From Schmidtea polychroa (taxonomy: Eukaryota), in the NCBI GenBank assembly GCA_044892525.1, contig CM097885.1, positions 10,790,001 through 10,854,000 on the forward strand: a stretch of DNA of 64,000 nt. The letters are read 5' to 3'. The translations under genes and the position numbers were made by a program. Each line of letters begins with the position of its first letter. Within the stretch, counting starts at the first letter, position 1. Positions 16,171 to 29,976 of this stretch are shown here, piece by piece. Under the pieces are notes generated by a model, which made no database searches, had not been told where the DNA came from, and worked only from the letters and a program-made list of their open reading frames with translations.

Positions 16171-19100
16171 TTAAAGTGCTTGTTTCGATTTGCATTCATT
16201 TCTAGACATAGCAGTTGCAATATGCATTTGACGAATCTTATAGTGACCGTAGGCATAACTTTCATTACAATTGTACCAATACCTTTTATCGTCCAAACAT
16301 TGGAGAGCTCGTTTTTCTGTCATGAAAGTATACAACTGATGATTGACACTTCCTATTCTTTTTTGTGGGATGCTCACTGTTCCACCATCAGTATACACTT
16401 TTTTATAGGCTTCATGTGTAAGATTAGAGTTTGTAAGTCTTATTCCTTTGGCTTTTAGAGTGTTTTTATCGCCTTGGAGTGAGTAGCACTTGGGTCGAAG
16501 AAACACCCATTCTTTATATTGATTTCCTTTATTCTCATCCTTAACTTTCCCGATTACAGAACAAATTTTATCAGAGAACAATGGATCAGTCACTGGATAA
16601 TTTGAAGTATCTAGGAGCCCATCTTCAATCATTTTTGGATATAGTTGTAAGCGTAAATCAACATTTTTACACTCTAAAAAGAAGGAATCTGTGTCACCGG
16701 CTACGATATTAATTTGACAATTGAATTCTTCTCTATAACTCTGTAGTTCTTTATATTGAAACTGATACATGCGAAGTTTAGATAAATCAAGTACGGTTTT
16801 TCCAATATACATTGGTCTATCTAAACACACCATTTCCTTATCAAGTATAACAGCAATGAGATCATCCGCAATCTTGATGCTACGACGAAACATAGGATTA
16901 CTACAATAAGTTATCAATCTTTTGCTTTTGCTGCATAATCTCAAATTTATACGTTTCTTAAGGTTTTCCACGGTTTTACCGTATAAACTATTGTTCTTTA
17001 ACTTATAATAATCTCGCTGAAATGAATCTGTACTAGCTGCTCTCATTTGAGTATTGTAATCAATATAGCCTTTGAAAATAGCCACTTGCTTGAATTCTAC
17101 AGCACGATTAACTTTTGTGACTTTTGCGCCATAACTCAACCATTCAGTCAAAACTCTACTATTAATAACATAATTGGTCTTCGATTCGTGTGTTAATAAC
17201 AGCTTTTCAACTTTACTACCAGGTGGATAACAAAGCTCAGAAGCTATAGGTAAATCATCTAGCTTATCTTGTATACTATCAGGAATGACGATGTCAACCT
17301 CTAGAACATATCCACGATCTCCATCAAACTCATCCCCATTTGCACATCTTTCAACAATACCATTCATTTCAGTCTGATCATTTATCCATCTAAATTCACC
17401 AACAGGAAGTTTTTGCGACAGCGCCCATCCATATAAATTATTAACATCTAGGTATGACATTTGTGTTGATTCATCAGCTTCAACATGATGTTTGTTGATA
17501 AATGTCATTCCACCACGAATACCAGCTTCAAATAAACGGTAAAGCTCTGGATCTTGAATAAGTTCTACCGGTTCAGGTAACTGTTTAATAGCTGATGCCC
17601 AACTTAATCCGGGTATGGAAACAAACGATAGAGCCTCAAGTCCATCTTCGTCAAATGTTTTTTCTCTGAAAGCTTCAAAAACATCGGCCAACAGAAAAAC
17701 ATCCAACTTGAGATATACGAGCATGTAATATAGCAGTGTCTCACAGTTGTATTGTCGCCAGATTTGATTTGCATGTATATAATTTTCTTGACTAACTCCC
17801 TCCCAAATCGGTGGCAATTCCGTTATTGACTGTAAAACATCCATTGACGTAGCAATATCATAAGGAAATATGCCTTTACCAGTTATTAGATGCGAATTGA
17901 AAATCTTTGAAGTAAGTGGAAGACGTGGCAAGTTTTTTGTTAAATTTGTCAAGCTGCTATTTAAAAATTGTAAAGAATCAATGAATCTAATTCTTCTGCC
18001 TTTCGATGTCGCTGTAAGTGTGAGAAACTTTTCTGTTGATTGAGGAATAACATTTAAATTCCAATCGGGGAATTTTCCAATTGCATATTTTAATATATGA
18101 TGAATGTCATATCCACGAAGATTGTGAAATACAACAGGTAAAGACGGATTGATTCTTCTAGCCAAATTACAATCTTGACACGCTGCTCCGAGATATTGAC
18201 CGGTAAAATGATCATGATCCCGAACAGGTATATTGATAATCTTTTTACAAAGGTAGCAATGAGTTTGATTCGTAAATTCTTCCTGCTGTTCCCAAGTGAG
18301 TTCCATCATTTCCTTCGATCCATTAATTTTATACCACGGATAAACTATGTCTGTAGCTATATCATCCAATGCTTGTATAAACTGAATGATACAGTTTTTC
18401 CCAACAAATGTTTCATTTCGAATCGGACAACCTTGATGAAGAAGCACAAATTCAGATGCAATCGGCTCATGTTTTTGGAAGTGCTTGTCATCTAGAGGTA
18501 ATATTGATTCAAAGTCCGCGTAGACAACAAACTGCTGTTTTATAGTTTTACTCCAGTCTTTAAATTCGATATATTTATTCTCTGGCATTGAGTATAGAGT
18601 CGTCCGCTCCACATTCTTCCTACAAAGACCTATATGTCTTTCAAAAGCAGGACGTTTTCGAAACCCATGAAGACATGTATGACACCATTGTGATTGGATT
18701 TTGACTCCTTCTACTTTATCTCTGTAATTCAGCAGTCGATCGAGATTGGTTACAGCCAAAAAATGATAATTTAATTCTAAAATTTAGTTAATATTTTTAA
18801 TGATTAAAAGAAATATTACCTTCTTCAATCAATAGGAGATATATCTGAGATCCCGTCGAAGTACTTCTATATACCAAGTCAACGAACGGATTCTTGAAAA
18901 TATCATTAGTTTTTTGTTTAATTGGATCTTTATTATATTTGAGAACATTGATCGCTAGATTTGGATTCATTGCTTCAAATTGGCAAATGTTAACCAACTT
19001 CATCGGAAACCATTCAAATTTCCATTTTAAGTCTTAAAAACAAAATTCAATGATTTATGACATTTATAAATATATATATTACCACTTAAGTTATATTTTG

Positions 19101-20157
19101 TTGTTCTTTCTCTATCCCGACGTATATCATCATAACGTAACACGGCTAGTATACTATATAAAAAACAGAATTGATCATTGTTTTGAACATTAAATAAAGC
19201 CTGACAGTTTTTCAGGTAATTTGGCGTTTTAATGTAACTTGAACCTAAGTAAATATCTTGATTTATATATATAATAATGTAAATAAACTTACCAGATACA
19301 TGTATTATGTCTGATAATTTAGTTAAAATCATAGTAACTTCTAATATTTTATGAATTCTCCACCCACTACTTTGTTGAGTGTATTTCTCCAACTTTTCTT
19401 TTAATTTTTCAATTCCATCATTAATAAATGAAGATGACATTGTAATTGCTTTATTCGACAAACACCATTTTTTAATTTCACCATCCTCTTTGATAAACTC
19501 TGCACAAAGTCCAAATTGGATTTTTACTGTCCCCATTCGTTGAATATGATCTTCTATTTCTTTGATGAGACAATCTGGAACAACAATGTCAGGAGAATTA
19601 ATTGCAGATACATCGCTTGTCAATTCAACACGAGAACCATTTAAGTCAGACTCCCGACGTGGACACAATTGTATGTTAGAGTGTCCATTTCCGTAAAATA
19701 TTGACTTTCGTTTTGTGGTGCCAGAGTTTTGTCTAACTATATTTATAATTAATATTAAACAACTTAAATAACATAACTTGTAACATATTCTTTAATCTGC
19801 TTAGGATCGTATGATGTGTTCATTTTCGATTGTACTATAAAAAAAATTAATAATTGTTAATAGTAGAAAGAGTATTACTTTTAGTGATCATCCTGCTCTT
19901 CGTTTCTTCGAATCTTCTAAGATGGTGTCCGTGTTGTCGTACAAACATTAACCACCTACCTGGTGATATAATGAGACATTCCTGACATATGTAACCCGAT
20001 AAGGTAGAGTCATTTATCTTGAAATATGATGATGTAACTGATTTACAGTTCTCCACATCTTCATGACTTTCGGCCATACAAAATTTATATAAACTGCATC
20101 CGTTCACTAAAAGAAAATAATCATAAATATTAGATAGAGAATAAAAAATTATTCACT
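16171..20157 (-). CDS. polB: Spliced protein-primed family B DNA polymerase (Polinton type), ~1236 aa. Exons: 20157, 20106-19879, 19834-19778, 19736-19293, 19244-19083, 19032-18820, 18776-16171
   Basis: Motifs SSGW, GSSYIKTP, CFLYSILA, ExoI YADFES, EndoVII-like DHDH..G.Y.GAACQDCNL, ExoII HNLRGYD, FIDS, KGIFPY, ExoIII YLKLDV, GIRGG, DVNNLYG, KLKNNSLYGK, GDTDS, PKCY, KAKG. GT-AG introns of 43, 50, 48, 41, 44 and 50 nt restore one 3711-nt frame. The 5'-most exons are less certain. Confidence 0.9.
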
Positions 20158-20659
20158 TATATAAGTTAAATTAAAAGTTTAAATGACAAACATTTGAAAA
20201 GTTACTGCTTATATATTACACATGATTATATTCTGGTCAATCAAAATCAAGGAAGGGGTAGGAAAAATAAATGCATTACGTTGCAGTATTTTAAAAGTTC
20301 AATATATTTTAAAACACATTTTGATGCTAAAGTTGACTTATTTAACATTTTCATAATAATTTAATAAAAAATAATGTGATGAACCCACAAAGTAATATCA
20401 TTTTTCATCAAATTGCAAAACAGTAATAACGTTTTCATAAAATTGTAACAAAGTAATAACATATTTCAGATAAATTTTCAACAGTTGTAAAATATTTAAG
20501 CAAATTGTAACAAGATTAGAAAATATTACAACAAAGTAGTAACATATTTCAGAAAATTTCAACAAAGTTGTAAAATATTTATCAAATTGTAACTAAAATA
20601 ATAAAAATATTGCAACAAAGTAATAAAATAATGATGTTAATTGGGACAAATCAATACAT

Positions 20660-22780
20660 TATTGTTAATTTTATCTCTGTGTTATTAAAATTATCTTTCG
20701 ATTTTACGCTGCTTACCATTTTAGAATAAGATTTTTTATCAAAATTTGTGATAATTTACTGATTCAATTTGATGGAGTTATTGTTAATTCGTTTTATTAT
20801 ATATACTCTGAGTTTATCCGACAAGATATTTTGACCCCCTAAGGGTACTATTCGTAAGGGTACTGGTCGTAAGGTACTGGTCGTAAGGGTACTGGTATGT
20901 TTTAATGATTTTATTTAGGCAAATCTTTGGTTATTATTTGGCACTAAATTCATTGGTAATTTTTTAGAGTTGATGTTAGTGGGATTTAGTAAATATTCAA
21001 GTGAATTACTATAATTTTGTGAATTTCATGTTAATTGAAAGAATATTTAAGAATTTAAGGTTTTATTGTTAATTCTAAGACAAATTTAATTAATTTCTTG
21101 ATAATTTGCTATATTTTATTGACTTGTTTTTAAATAAAAATTATTTTTTATGACAGTTAGGTTAATAATTAGAGCTTTTACAATAATCAAGTGATAGGAT
21201 AAATAATTTTTTCATATATTTTCTAAGAATATTTCCATTTACGCATTGATGAACTTTTAAATATTGAAAATCTAAGTTGAAACCAGCTAATTTTATCACG
21301 AATTTTATTTGAAATCTACTTGAAAATTATTGTAAATTATACTGAAATTTGTGATTTAGTTTGGAAGATAATAATTGGCTGAATCGATGAAGAATTATGA
21401 TCAATCAATGAGAAATTATCATCCCTAGTTAGATATTTGATGGTAAATGTGGTGAAATATTTGTAGAAAATATTGATTTTAGTGAATTTTGATCTTTTAG
21501 TGGGCTCTTACTACATGAATTTAGCTACTAAATTATTTCAATGGAAAAAATGTTTGGTATCTGTAACAATTAAATAAAATTCATATTTTGAAGAATTTTC
21601 TATGGATTTTAAAAGAATTGATATATTAAAGGGCTCAAGTGGCTGAACTTAATGGATATAGTCGGTTGGATTTAGTGATGGTTTGGTTAAGATGGGAATA
21701 TATGATTTTTATGGAATATATTCGGTTGGATGTTTAAAGGGGTAGAAATATTTGGTGAGGGATCGGTTAAGGTGGAAATGTTTTGAATATCTCTATTTAA
21801 TTCGACAATTTTCTTAATGGTAAAATATCAATGTTTCAAGAGAAATAGTCAGTATTTAGCTATGAGTCAATAATAGTTCCTGTGAAATTATATCGTTTTA
21901 GGTTTATTAGGTTGTAATGAATGTAATTGCACAGTAATTTAGATTTATGTTTTACTTTAGAACCAGTTTTTATTAATTATCCACGGTTTTATTAAGTCGT
22001 TTAGGGTTAATGGTCAATTAGGTGTTTATTTACTTGGTTTTGACAATGAAATATCTGAAATCTTTAGAATTAATTGGGAATGATATCAAAGATTATTGCT
22101 TTAAATTATTTACCTTTATTTAACATGTTATAGACGGATATTCATTGTGGAGATATCGGTGACAAAACTTGAGAAATATTGACTTAAAAGAGTTGGACAT
22201 CGACAGCAACTAAAGAAAATTGAACATTATTGAAGGAAATTTATGATTTTAATTAGAAATTAAATCGGTTGAATATCAGTTAAGGGTAAAATATGGTCAT
22301 TTGAAGGAATATTGTTATCGAGTGGATAAATCTTTCAATGATATTTTGCTAAATTACCTTTTGCTAAATATTATTTTAAATGACAAAGTTAACCAATAAA
22401 TTAGTCGATCGAAATAAGAATTCAGTAAAAGTTACATTTAAAATATTCCAATTATTCACGAATTTCTGATAAAGATATATTTGAGCATCTATTTTTCACT
22501 AAATTACCTAGGAATTTCTAACTGATATACATGTACCTTAATTTACTAATTAATATTCCCTTGCGACATGTTGAATGTGAGTAGTACCCTTACGACTAAT
22601 ACCCATAGGGGGACAGAATATTTTGTCGGATAAATTCAGACTATATATTTAAAAATTTACAATATGCTATGGTTTTTATTGATTAATTTGTTGTATATTG
22701 CATTGATACATCAAAATGTCAGATAATATTTATAAATTAACTTAAAAAAAATACACAAAAATACACAAAATACTATATTA
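20660..22780 (+). repeat. Non-coding unit U, copy 2
   Basis: Colinear with 1150-3260; M motifs at 20799(+) and 22647(-). Confidence 0.9.
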
Positions 22781-23094
22781 CCTAAGAATTCTGTTATGTT
22801 TCTAGTTAAATAATTTATATCAATGTATCAACTATATCAAAATAATAACCAAGACCATTGTAACACATAATGTCAACTTTAAAATATTGGTTAGTGTTTC
22901 TTCTACTTTTCGAGCATCTTCATGGTTCTTGCGAAGATCTTTTTTCCATTTTGATGAACTCATGGGTATTCCTTCAACATACCATTACCATTTGGTAGTG
23001 GCGCCCAATATATTTAATTACCAAGATTATTTCATATTATTCAATGTTTGAAAATTTTCTACATTATAGTACCGTCATTATGTATGGTAATAAT

Positions 23095-23335
23095 TCATTT
23101 GACTTTGATATTGTATTGATTTGTATTGAGAACTTTCATGTATATAGTATGATATTCATTAATCAGTGTTGAACAGGCTTGACAATTGTGAACATTCTTC
23201 TCGTGACACTTAGAACAAACAATTACGTGACCACACGGTAAATACAAAACCGAAACTTGATTTTCTTTACAAATTGAACAAGTTAAATACCTTTTCTTAA
23301 CATCGTTCAGTTTTTTCCGTTAGCTTATTTTCAAT
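23095..23335 (-). pseudogene. IAP-type C3HC4 RING finger remnant
   Basis: Manual translation LTCSICKENQVSVLYLPCGHVIVCSKCHEKNVHNCQACSTLI; frameshift in the A-run just upstream. Confidence 0.8.
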
Positions 23336-24869
23336 CAGTGTAAAATTTTTATGAAATAATTTTCCAAGTCAAAATTAAATACAAATTTATATTAAATTAA
23401 TTTCAAAGACAGATTTCAATTTACCACTACTAATAAAAATAATAGTAAATGAAAAGGGTAAATTTTAAAACTAACTAATAAATTTAGAAAGAGAATGAGA
23501 ATTGATAGTAATAATTAAATTAAAGTAAATTATGGACATAAATTTTTAATTAAAGTAATAATTTTTAATCTATTATTAAAAAGTTTGAATGATAGTCAGG
23601 TTTTGAGAAATGAAAATTTTAATGAAATAGTTTTTAAAGAAAATTTAGATGCAAATTTTACAAATAATAATAATGATAATAATGATAATAAAATAATATT
23701 AATAAAAATAATAATAATAATAATAATAAAAATAATACTTTACATTGCTAAGCATTAATAATGTAATTATATTTGAATATTTTTTATTCACGTATAACAA
23801 TTAATTAAAACAAATATAAATAATATTAATAGATTAAATTAATTAAAATGGAATTGAGAAATGATGCAGTATATCAAATTATTGATCCAAGGGCTGTGGG
23901 AAAACATTATTTGTTTGTAAATTATTACAAACAAATATGTTTAAGTCAAAATTTAAAAGGTCAACTAAATACTTACAATCAAATACTTACAACAATGTAT
24001 TTCTAACAAACAGCTAGATACCAAATACTTTCAACATGATACCACGTACTAACTAACTCTCAAACAACCAGATACTTGCAACTAACTACTTACAATCAAC
24101 TAAATATTCTTCATTGTATTTTATCAAATGCTTTTTAAATTAATTTTTTTATCTGTCTTCAAAATATGTTTAATTACAATCAGTAGAAAAACCTTTTCAA
24201 AATTTAACAAAAATGATGATTTTCATCAAAAAATGAATAATTTTCAACTCATCACTACGTGGGATTGATGATAATTTAAATTAAAATGAAAGACTATAGA
24301 ATTCTAATTTACAAAACATTCTTCTTTTAATTGATTACTACTGACTTATTATTGCAATGTAAAAATCGCATTCAATAAATACTTATTGTTGATCAGTTTT
24401 ATTATATATACTCTGAGTTTATCCGACAGGATGTTTTGACCCCCTAAGGGTACTGGTCGTAAGGGTATTGCTAACACTCAACCCCCACCTACCCATTTAC
24501 TAGATACTAGATACCAACAACCAACTAACAACTAGATACTAAGTACTTACAACCGACAACAACCAGGTACTAAGCATTATCAACCTACAACAATCAGTAA
24601 ACATTGTATAGATCATGTTGTTGAAAATGTTATGAACTGTGGAGATAATGAATGTGAATGTGGTAATAAATTATAGTGTATATTTAAAGTATAATTTCTT
24701 TGTTAAAGTTTTGTCTTGAATATTTTTACCAGTAACTTTGTGAACAGTACCCTGTGACTTGTTGAGTGTGAGCAGTACCCTGGTGAGCAGTACCCATAGG
24801 GGGACAAAATATTTTGTCGGATAGACTAGGAGTATATATATTAATACTAATAATAATAATAATAATAAT

Positions 24870-26189
24870 AATATATGGCTCATTCGAAAGGTCTTGGATC
24901 GGGCTTTAAAATGAGCTATCGTTGAATAATTCTCGTTGTCGGGAACTCTGTAAATTTAAATTTTAAAATTTGACCTTGAAAAAATAAATGACCTTGAAAA
25001 AAAAGACCTTGAAAATAATAATTGACCTTGAAAAAATAAATGACCTTGAAAAATAATAAATGACCTTGAAAATAATAAATGACCTTGAAAAATAATATTT
25101 TGAAAAAATAAATGACCTTGAAATTGGTCTCGGGAAAACTTTAATAACTTTGCCAATAATAATGATAATAATAATATTTATATATCCATAGATAGATCTT
25201 GTACTGGGCTTCAAAATAATCTATCGATTAATAAATTCGGATAATGGGAACGATAACGTTTGGGCAAACGAAAACCATGAGCCCGCCAGATCACTAATAA
25301 TATTTTTGAATAATTATATGACCTTGAAAATGATTTTTGGTAAAATGTTAATAACTTTGTCAATATTAATGATGATGATACCTTCAATAGCTCATTCGAA
25401 AGGCCTTGCACTAAGCTTTAAATTAAGCTATCGATTAATAAATTCGGATAATGGGAACGATAACTTTTAGGCAAACGAAAACCAGGAGCCCGTCAGATCA
25501 CTAATAATATTTTGAATAATTATATGACCTTGAAAAAATAATATTTTGAAAAATAATAATATGACCTTGAAAAATAATAATATGACCTTGACAAAATAAA
25601 TGACGTTGAAAAATTAAATGACCTTGAAAAAAAAATAAATAACCTTGAAAAAATAAATGACCTTGAAAAAATAATATTTTGAAAAATAATAATAGTCAAA
25701 TGACCTTGAAAATGGTCTCGGGAAAACTTTAATAACTTTGCCAATATTAATGATGATGATACCTTCAATAGCTCATTCGAAAGGTCTTGCACTAAGCTTC
25801 AAATTAAGCTATCGATGAAATAAAATGATGGGAACGATAGATTTTGGGCAAACGAAAACCAGGAGCCCGCCAGATCACTTAATAATGTTTTTGAAAAATA
25901 ATAATAATATTTTAAAAAATAATAATATGACCTTGATGATTCATCCTAATGAGTCCTATGACCTTGGGAATGACCTTGGATAAGTCACGCGACCTTGAAA
26001 TGACCTTGAAACGATCTGGATGAGTCATGGTCTTTGTTTAAATGACCTTGATGAGTCATATGTCTTTGTTTAAAATTTGACCTTGAAAAAAATGACCTTG
26101 ACCTTTTTAAAAAAAAATTCCCGGGGGAGGGGGGAGGGGGGTATGTGATCTGGCGGGCTCCTGATCTGGCGGGCTCCCTTCCATCTACT
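24870..26189 (-). repeat. Orphan Polinton-like terminus inside the main element
   Basis: TGACCTTGA array, palindromic blocks, G-tract, ends ...CCCTTCCATCTACT (5'-AGTAGATGG on minus); similar to the ends at 8532 and 47119. Confidence 0.8.
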
Positions 26190-26494
26190 ATTATTATAAC
26201 ATTATTATAACTTCATTATTTTCAACGTCATATTATTATTTTTCAAAATATTATTATTTTCAAGGTCATATTATTATTTTTTCAAAATATTATTATTTTC
26301 AAGGTCATATCATTATTTTTCAAATATTATTATTTTCAAGGTCATATTATTATTTTTCAAACTATTATTATTTTCAAGGTCATATCATTATTTGTTCCAT
26401 ATGTTTGAAAAACTGTAGTAGATGTCAGAGTTGTGGTGTCATAATCGATGAATCTCAATCAGTGTATTTTGTGAAATTAATGTTGTAAAACTCC

Positions 26495-26656
<162 letters not shown>

Positions 26657-27366
26657 GTATTAGTATTATTACTATTATTATTATTATTATTATTTGCGAA
26701 GTTCTTATTATTTTATTTTCTGCATCAATTTACGATTTTCAATATTTGATGATTATTTTTAGGAACATTTTCATAATTTTTAACGTTTTCATCCTTTTCA
26801 ATATTTTTATCATTTTCAAAATTTTCATCATTTTCAATATTTTCACGATTTTCAACATTTTCAGGAACATTTTCATAATTTTCAACGTTTTCATCATTTT
26901 CATCATTTGCATGATTATTTTAATAATTTTCTACATTTTCAATATTTTCACGATTTTCAACATTTTCATGATTATTTCAGAAACTTTTCATCGAATATTT
27001 TTCAAAGTATTATTTTCAAAGAATTATTTTCAAATTATTTTCAAACTTTATTATTATTATTATTATTATTATAATTATTACTATTATTATTATTTTTTGC
27101 GAAGTTCTTATTATTTTATTTTCGATGTTTTATTATTATTTACTTCATAATTCATAATTCATAATTTTTAACGTTTTCATAATTTTCAACGTTTTTATCA
27201 TTTTCAACATTTTCATCATTTTCATGATTTTTAACAGTTTCATAATTTTCACGATTTTCAATATTTTCATGATTATTTTCTTCAAAATTCTTATTTTATT
27301 TATAAAATATTATTATTATCATTTTCAAAATTATTTTCAAATTTCTTATTATTTATTTTCAAAGTA

Positions 27367-27442
<76 letters not shown>

Positions 27443-27639
27443 GCTCCTAGTCTATCCGACAAAATATTTTGTCCCCCTATGGGTACTGCTCACACTCAAC
27501 ATGTTGCAAGGGTACTAGTTATGCTTATTGTTATACAATATGATGTTACTTAGACATTTGAAGGTTCAACCATGGTTACAATTTCTACATTTTGAAAACA
27601 CTAATTTGATTTATGAATGGATAGCAAAAACCGATTTGA

Positions 27640-27840
27640 TTGAAAATAAGCTAACGAAAAAAAACTGAACGATGTTAAGAAAAGGTATTTAACTTGTTCA
27701 ATTTGTAAAGAAAATCAAGTTTCGGTTTTGAATTTACCGTGTGGTCACGTAATTGTTTATTCTAAGTGTCACGAGAAGAATGTTCACAATTGTCAAACCT
27801 GTTCAACACTGATTAATGAATATCATACTATATACATGTA
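27640..27840 (+). pseudogene. Second, inverted copy of the RING finger remnant
   Basis: Reverse complement of ~23140-23335; one ligand Cys changed to Tyr (VIVYSKC) and an earlier stop; homology continues to ~28190. Confidence 0.8.
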
Positions 27841-28315
27841 AGTTCTCAATACAAATCAATACAATATCAAAGTCAAATGAAATATTACCATACATAATGA
27901 CGGTACTATAATGTAGGAAATTTTCAAACATTGAATAATATGAAATCATCTTGGTAATTAAATATATTGGGCGCAACTACCAAATGTTGATGATATGATG
28001 TTGATGATATATGAATGGTTTGGTATTTATGATATTATTTTAGATTATTCAGAATGAAATATACCCATGAGTTCATCAAAATGGGAAAAAGATCTTCGCA
28101 AGAACCATGAAGATGCTGGAAAAGCTGAAGAAACCCTAACCAATATTTTAAAGTTGACATTATGTGTTACAGTAGTATTGGTTATTATTGTTTCGTAAAT
28201 AAATGTTTTAATTTGTTTTTATAAATTTATTGTTTTATTTCAATACTTTTTGATTAAAACATATTCATTATTAATTCATTTTGTTTTAATATTTGTATTA
28301 ATTTTTTAAATAGTG

Positions 28316-28353
<38 letters not shown>

Positions 28354-28819
28354 AAATTTACAATTATATATACAATTATATATTATATACAATTATATTT
28401 ACAATTATTATAAATCATAATGATGCTTTCTGTTCATTGATTCTCCTCTGATATTACTGCCATAATTATCTTCGACAAAATGCAAAGATAATATTTCTAG
28501 TGTCTTTGTTAATCATGCCCATTTATTGCAAAGTCTTTGTTAATTATGCATTTGTATTGCAAATTTATTAGTCATACAATTATATTATTTTTTTCATGCC
28601 CTGACATAATATTATTATTTATTATTATTATGATTATTTTATTTAACAACACCATATAGCAAATTTTTAGGCAATTTAGTGAAAGGTTATTTTAAATATA
28701 TAGCGATTTCTTAAGTAAAATATTTTCCAGATAAATTTACCAATTTAGTTAGAAATCCCTGGTTTTTGGCTGTAACATTTAATTAAAATATTCTAGGATT
28801 CATAACAAATATTTTGATA

Positions 28820-29965
28820 TAGTTGATACATATACCAATTATTTCAATTATTTAACTAGAAACATAACAGAATTCTTAGGTAATATAGTATTTTTTAGTT
28901 AATTTATAAATATTATCTGACATTTTGATGTATTTGACAACAAATTAATCAATAAAAACCATAGCATTTTGTAAGTTTTTATATATAGTCTGAATTTATC
29001 CGACAAAATATTCTGTCCCCCTATGTGTATTTGTCGTAAGGGTACTGGTCACATTCAACATGTCGTAAGGGTATATTAATTAAGGCCTATGTATATTAGT
29101 TAAAAATTCTTAGGTAATTTAGTGAGAAATGGATGATCATGGATATCAGAAATTAGTGAATAATTTGAATAAAACTTACCGAATTCTTATTTCGAGCGAC
29201 TAATTTATTGGTTAACTTTGTCATGTTTAGTCATTTAATATTTAGCAAAAGGTAATATATGCATATTAAGCATTTCATAGGTAATTTATTCATCTAGTGC
29301 TCATTACAATAATCTATATAAATTCCTGAGAAATACATGGTCATTAATATATTTATTGATAATTTTGGTAGAAATTCTTTATCATTTGGAGTAAATTTCT
29401 ATCTTTGTTCGAGGCAAAAAGAAGTCATAATAGAAACATTTGGTTATCATTTAACCAATTAAAGTGGTTATTAGTTAGAAATACAGGGTTACAATTGTTT
29501 TCTAATTTAATGAGATGATCATTGTGCATAATATATCTTTGTGAGAAATACGTGGTCGTATAGGTTAAGATGTTTGAGTAACTTTTACCAAAACATGGAT
29601 ATTTTGTGTGAATAATTTAAGAATATTGGTTAATTTTCTCTTTTTTAGTCATTTAAAATAATATTTAACAAAGGTAATTTAGCAAAATATCATTGAAAGA
29701 TTTGTCCATCCGATAACAATATTCCTTCAATAGATTTTACCTTTATTCAACCGATTTAATTTCTAGAAATCTAATTAAAATCATAAATTTTCTTCACTGA
29801 TATCGCCACAATGAATAAAATAACTTCTTAAATAAAATAATTTAAAGAAATAACCTTTGATATCAATCCCAATTAATTCTAAAGATTTCAAATATTTCAT
29901 TGTCAAAACCAAGTAAATAGATCATTCACCCTAAGCGACTTAATAAAACATTGGATAATTAATAA
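28820..29965 (-). repeat. Inverted partial copy of unit U
   Basis: 28982-29965 is near-identical to the reverse complement of 31270-32252; 28820-28980 mirrors 22650-22840. Confidence 0.9.
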
Positions 29966-29976
29966 TGAAGATTCTT

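Noticed and set aside
16168..18495. Plus-strand ORFs 16168-16458 and 18175-18495
   Set aside because: Antisense shadows of pPolB
20900..22550. Unit U as a mitochondrial insertion or alternative-code gene
   Set aside because: TAA and TAG stops plus indels in the frames examined; no recognisable mitochondrial protein or rRNA motif
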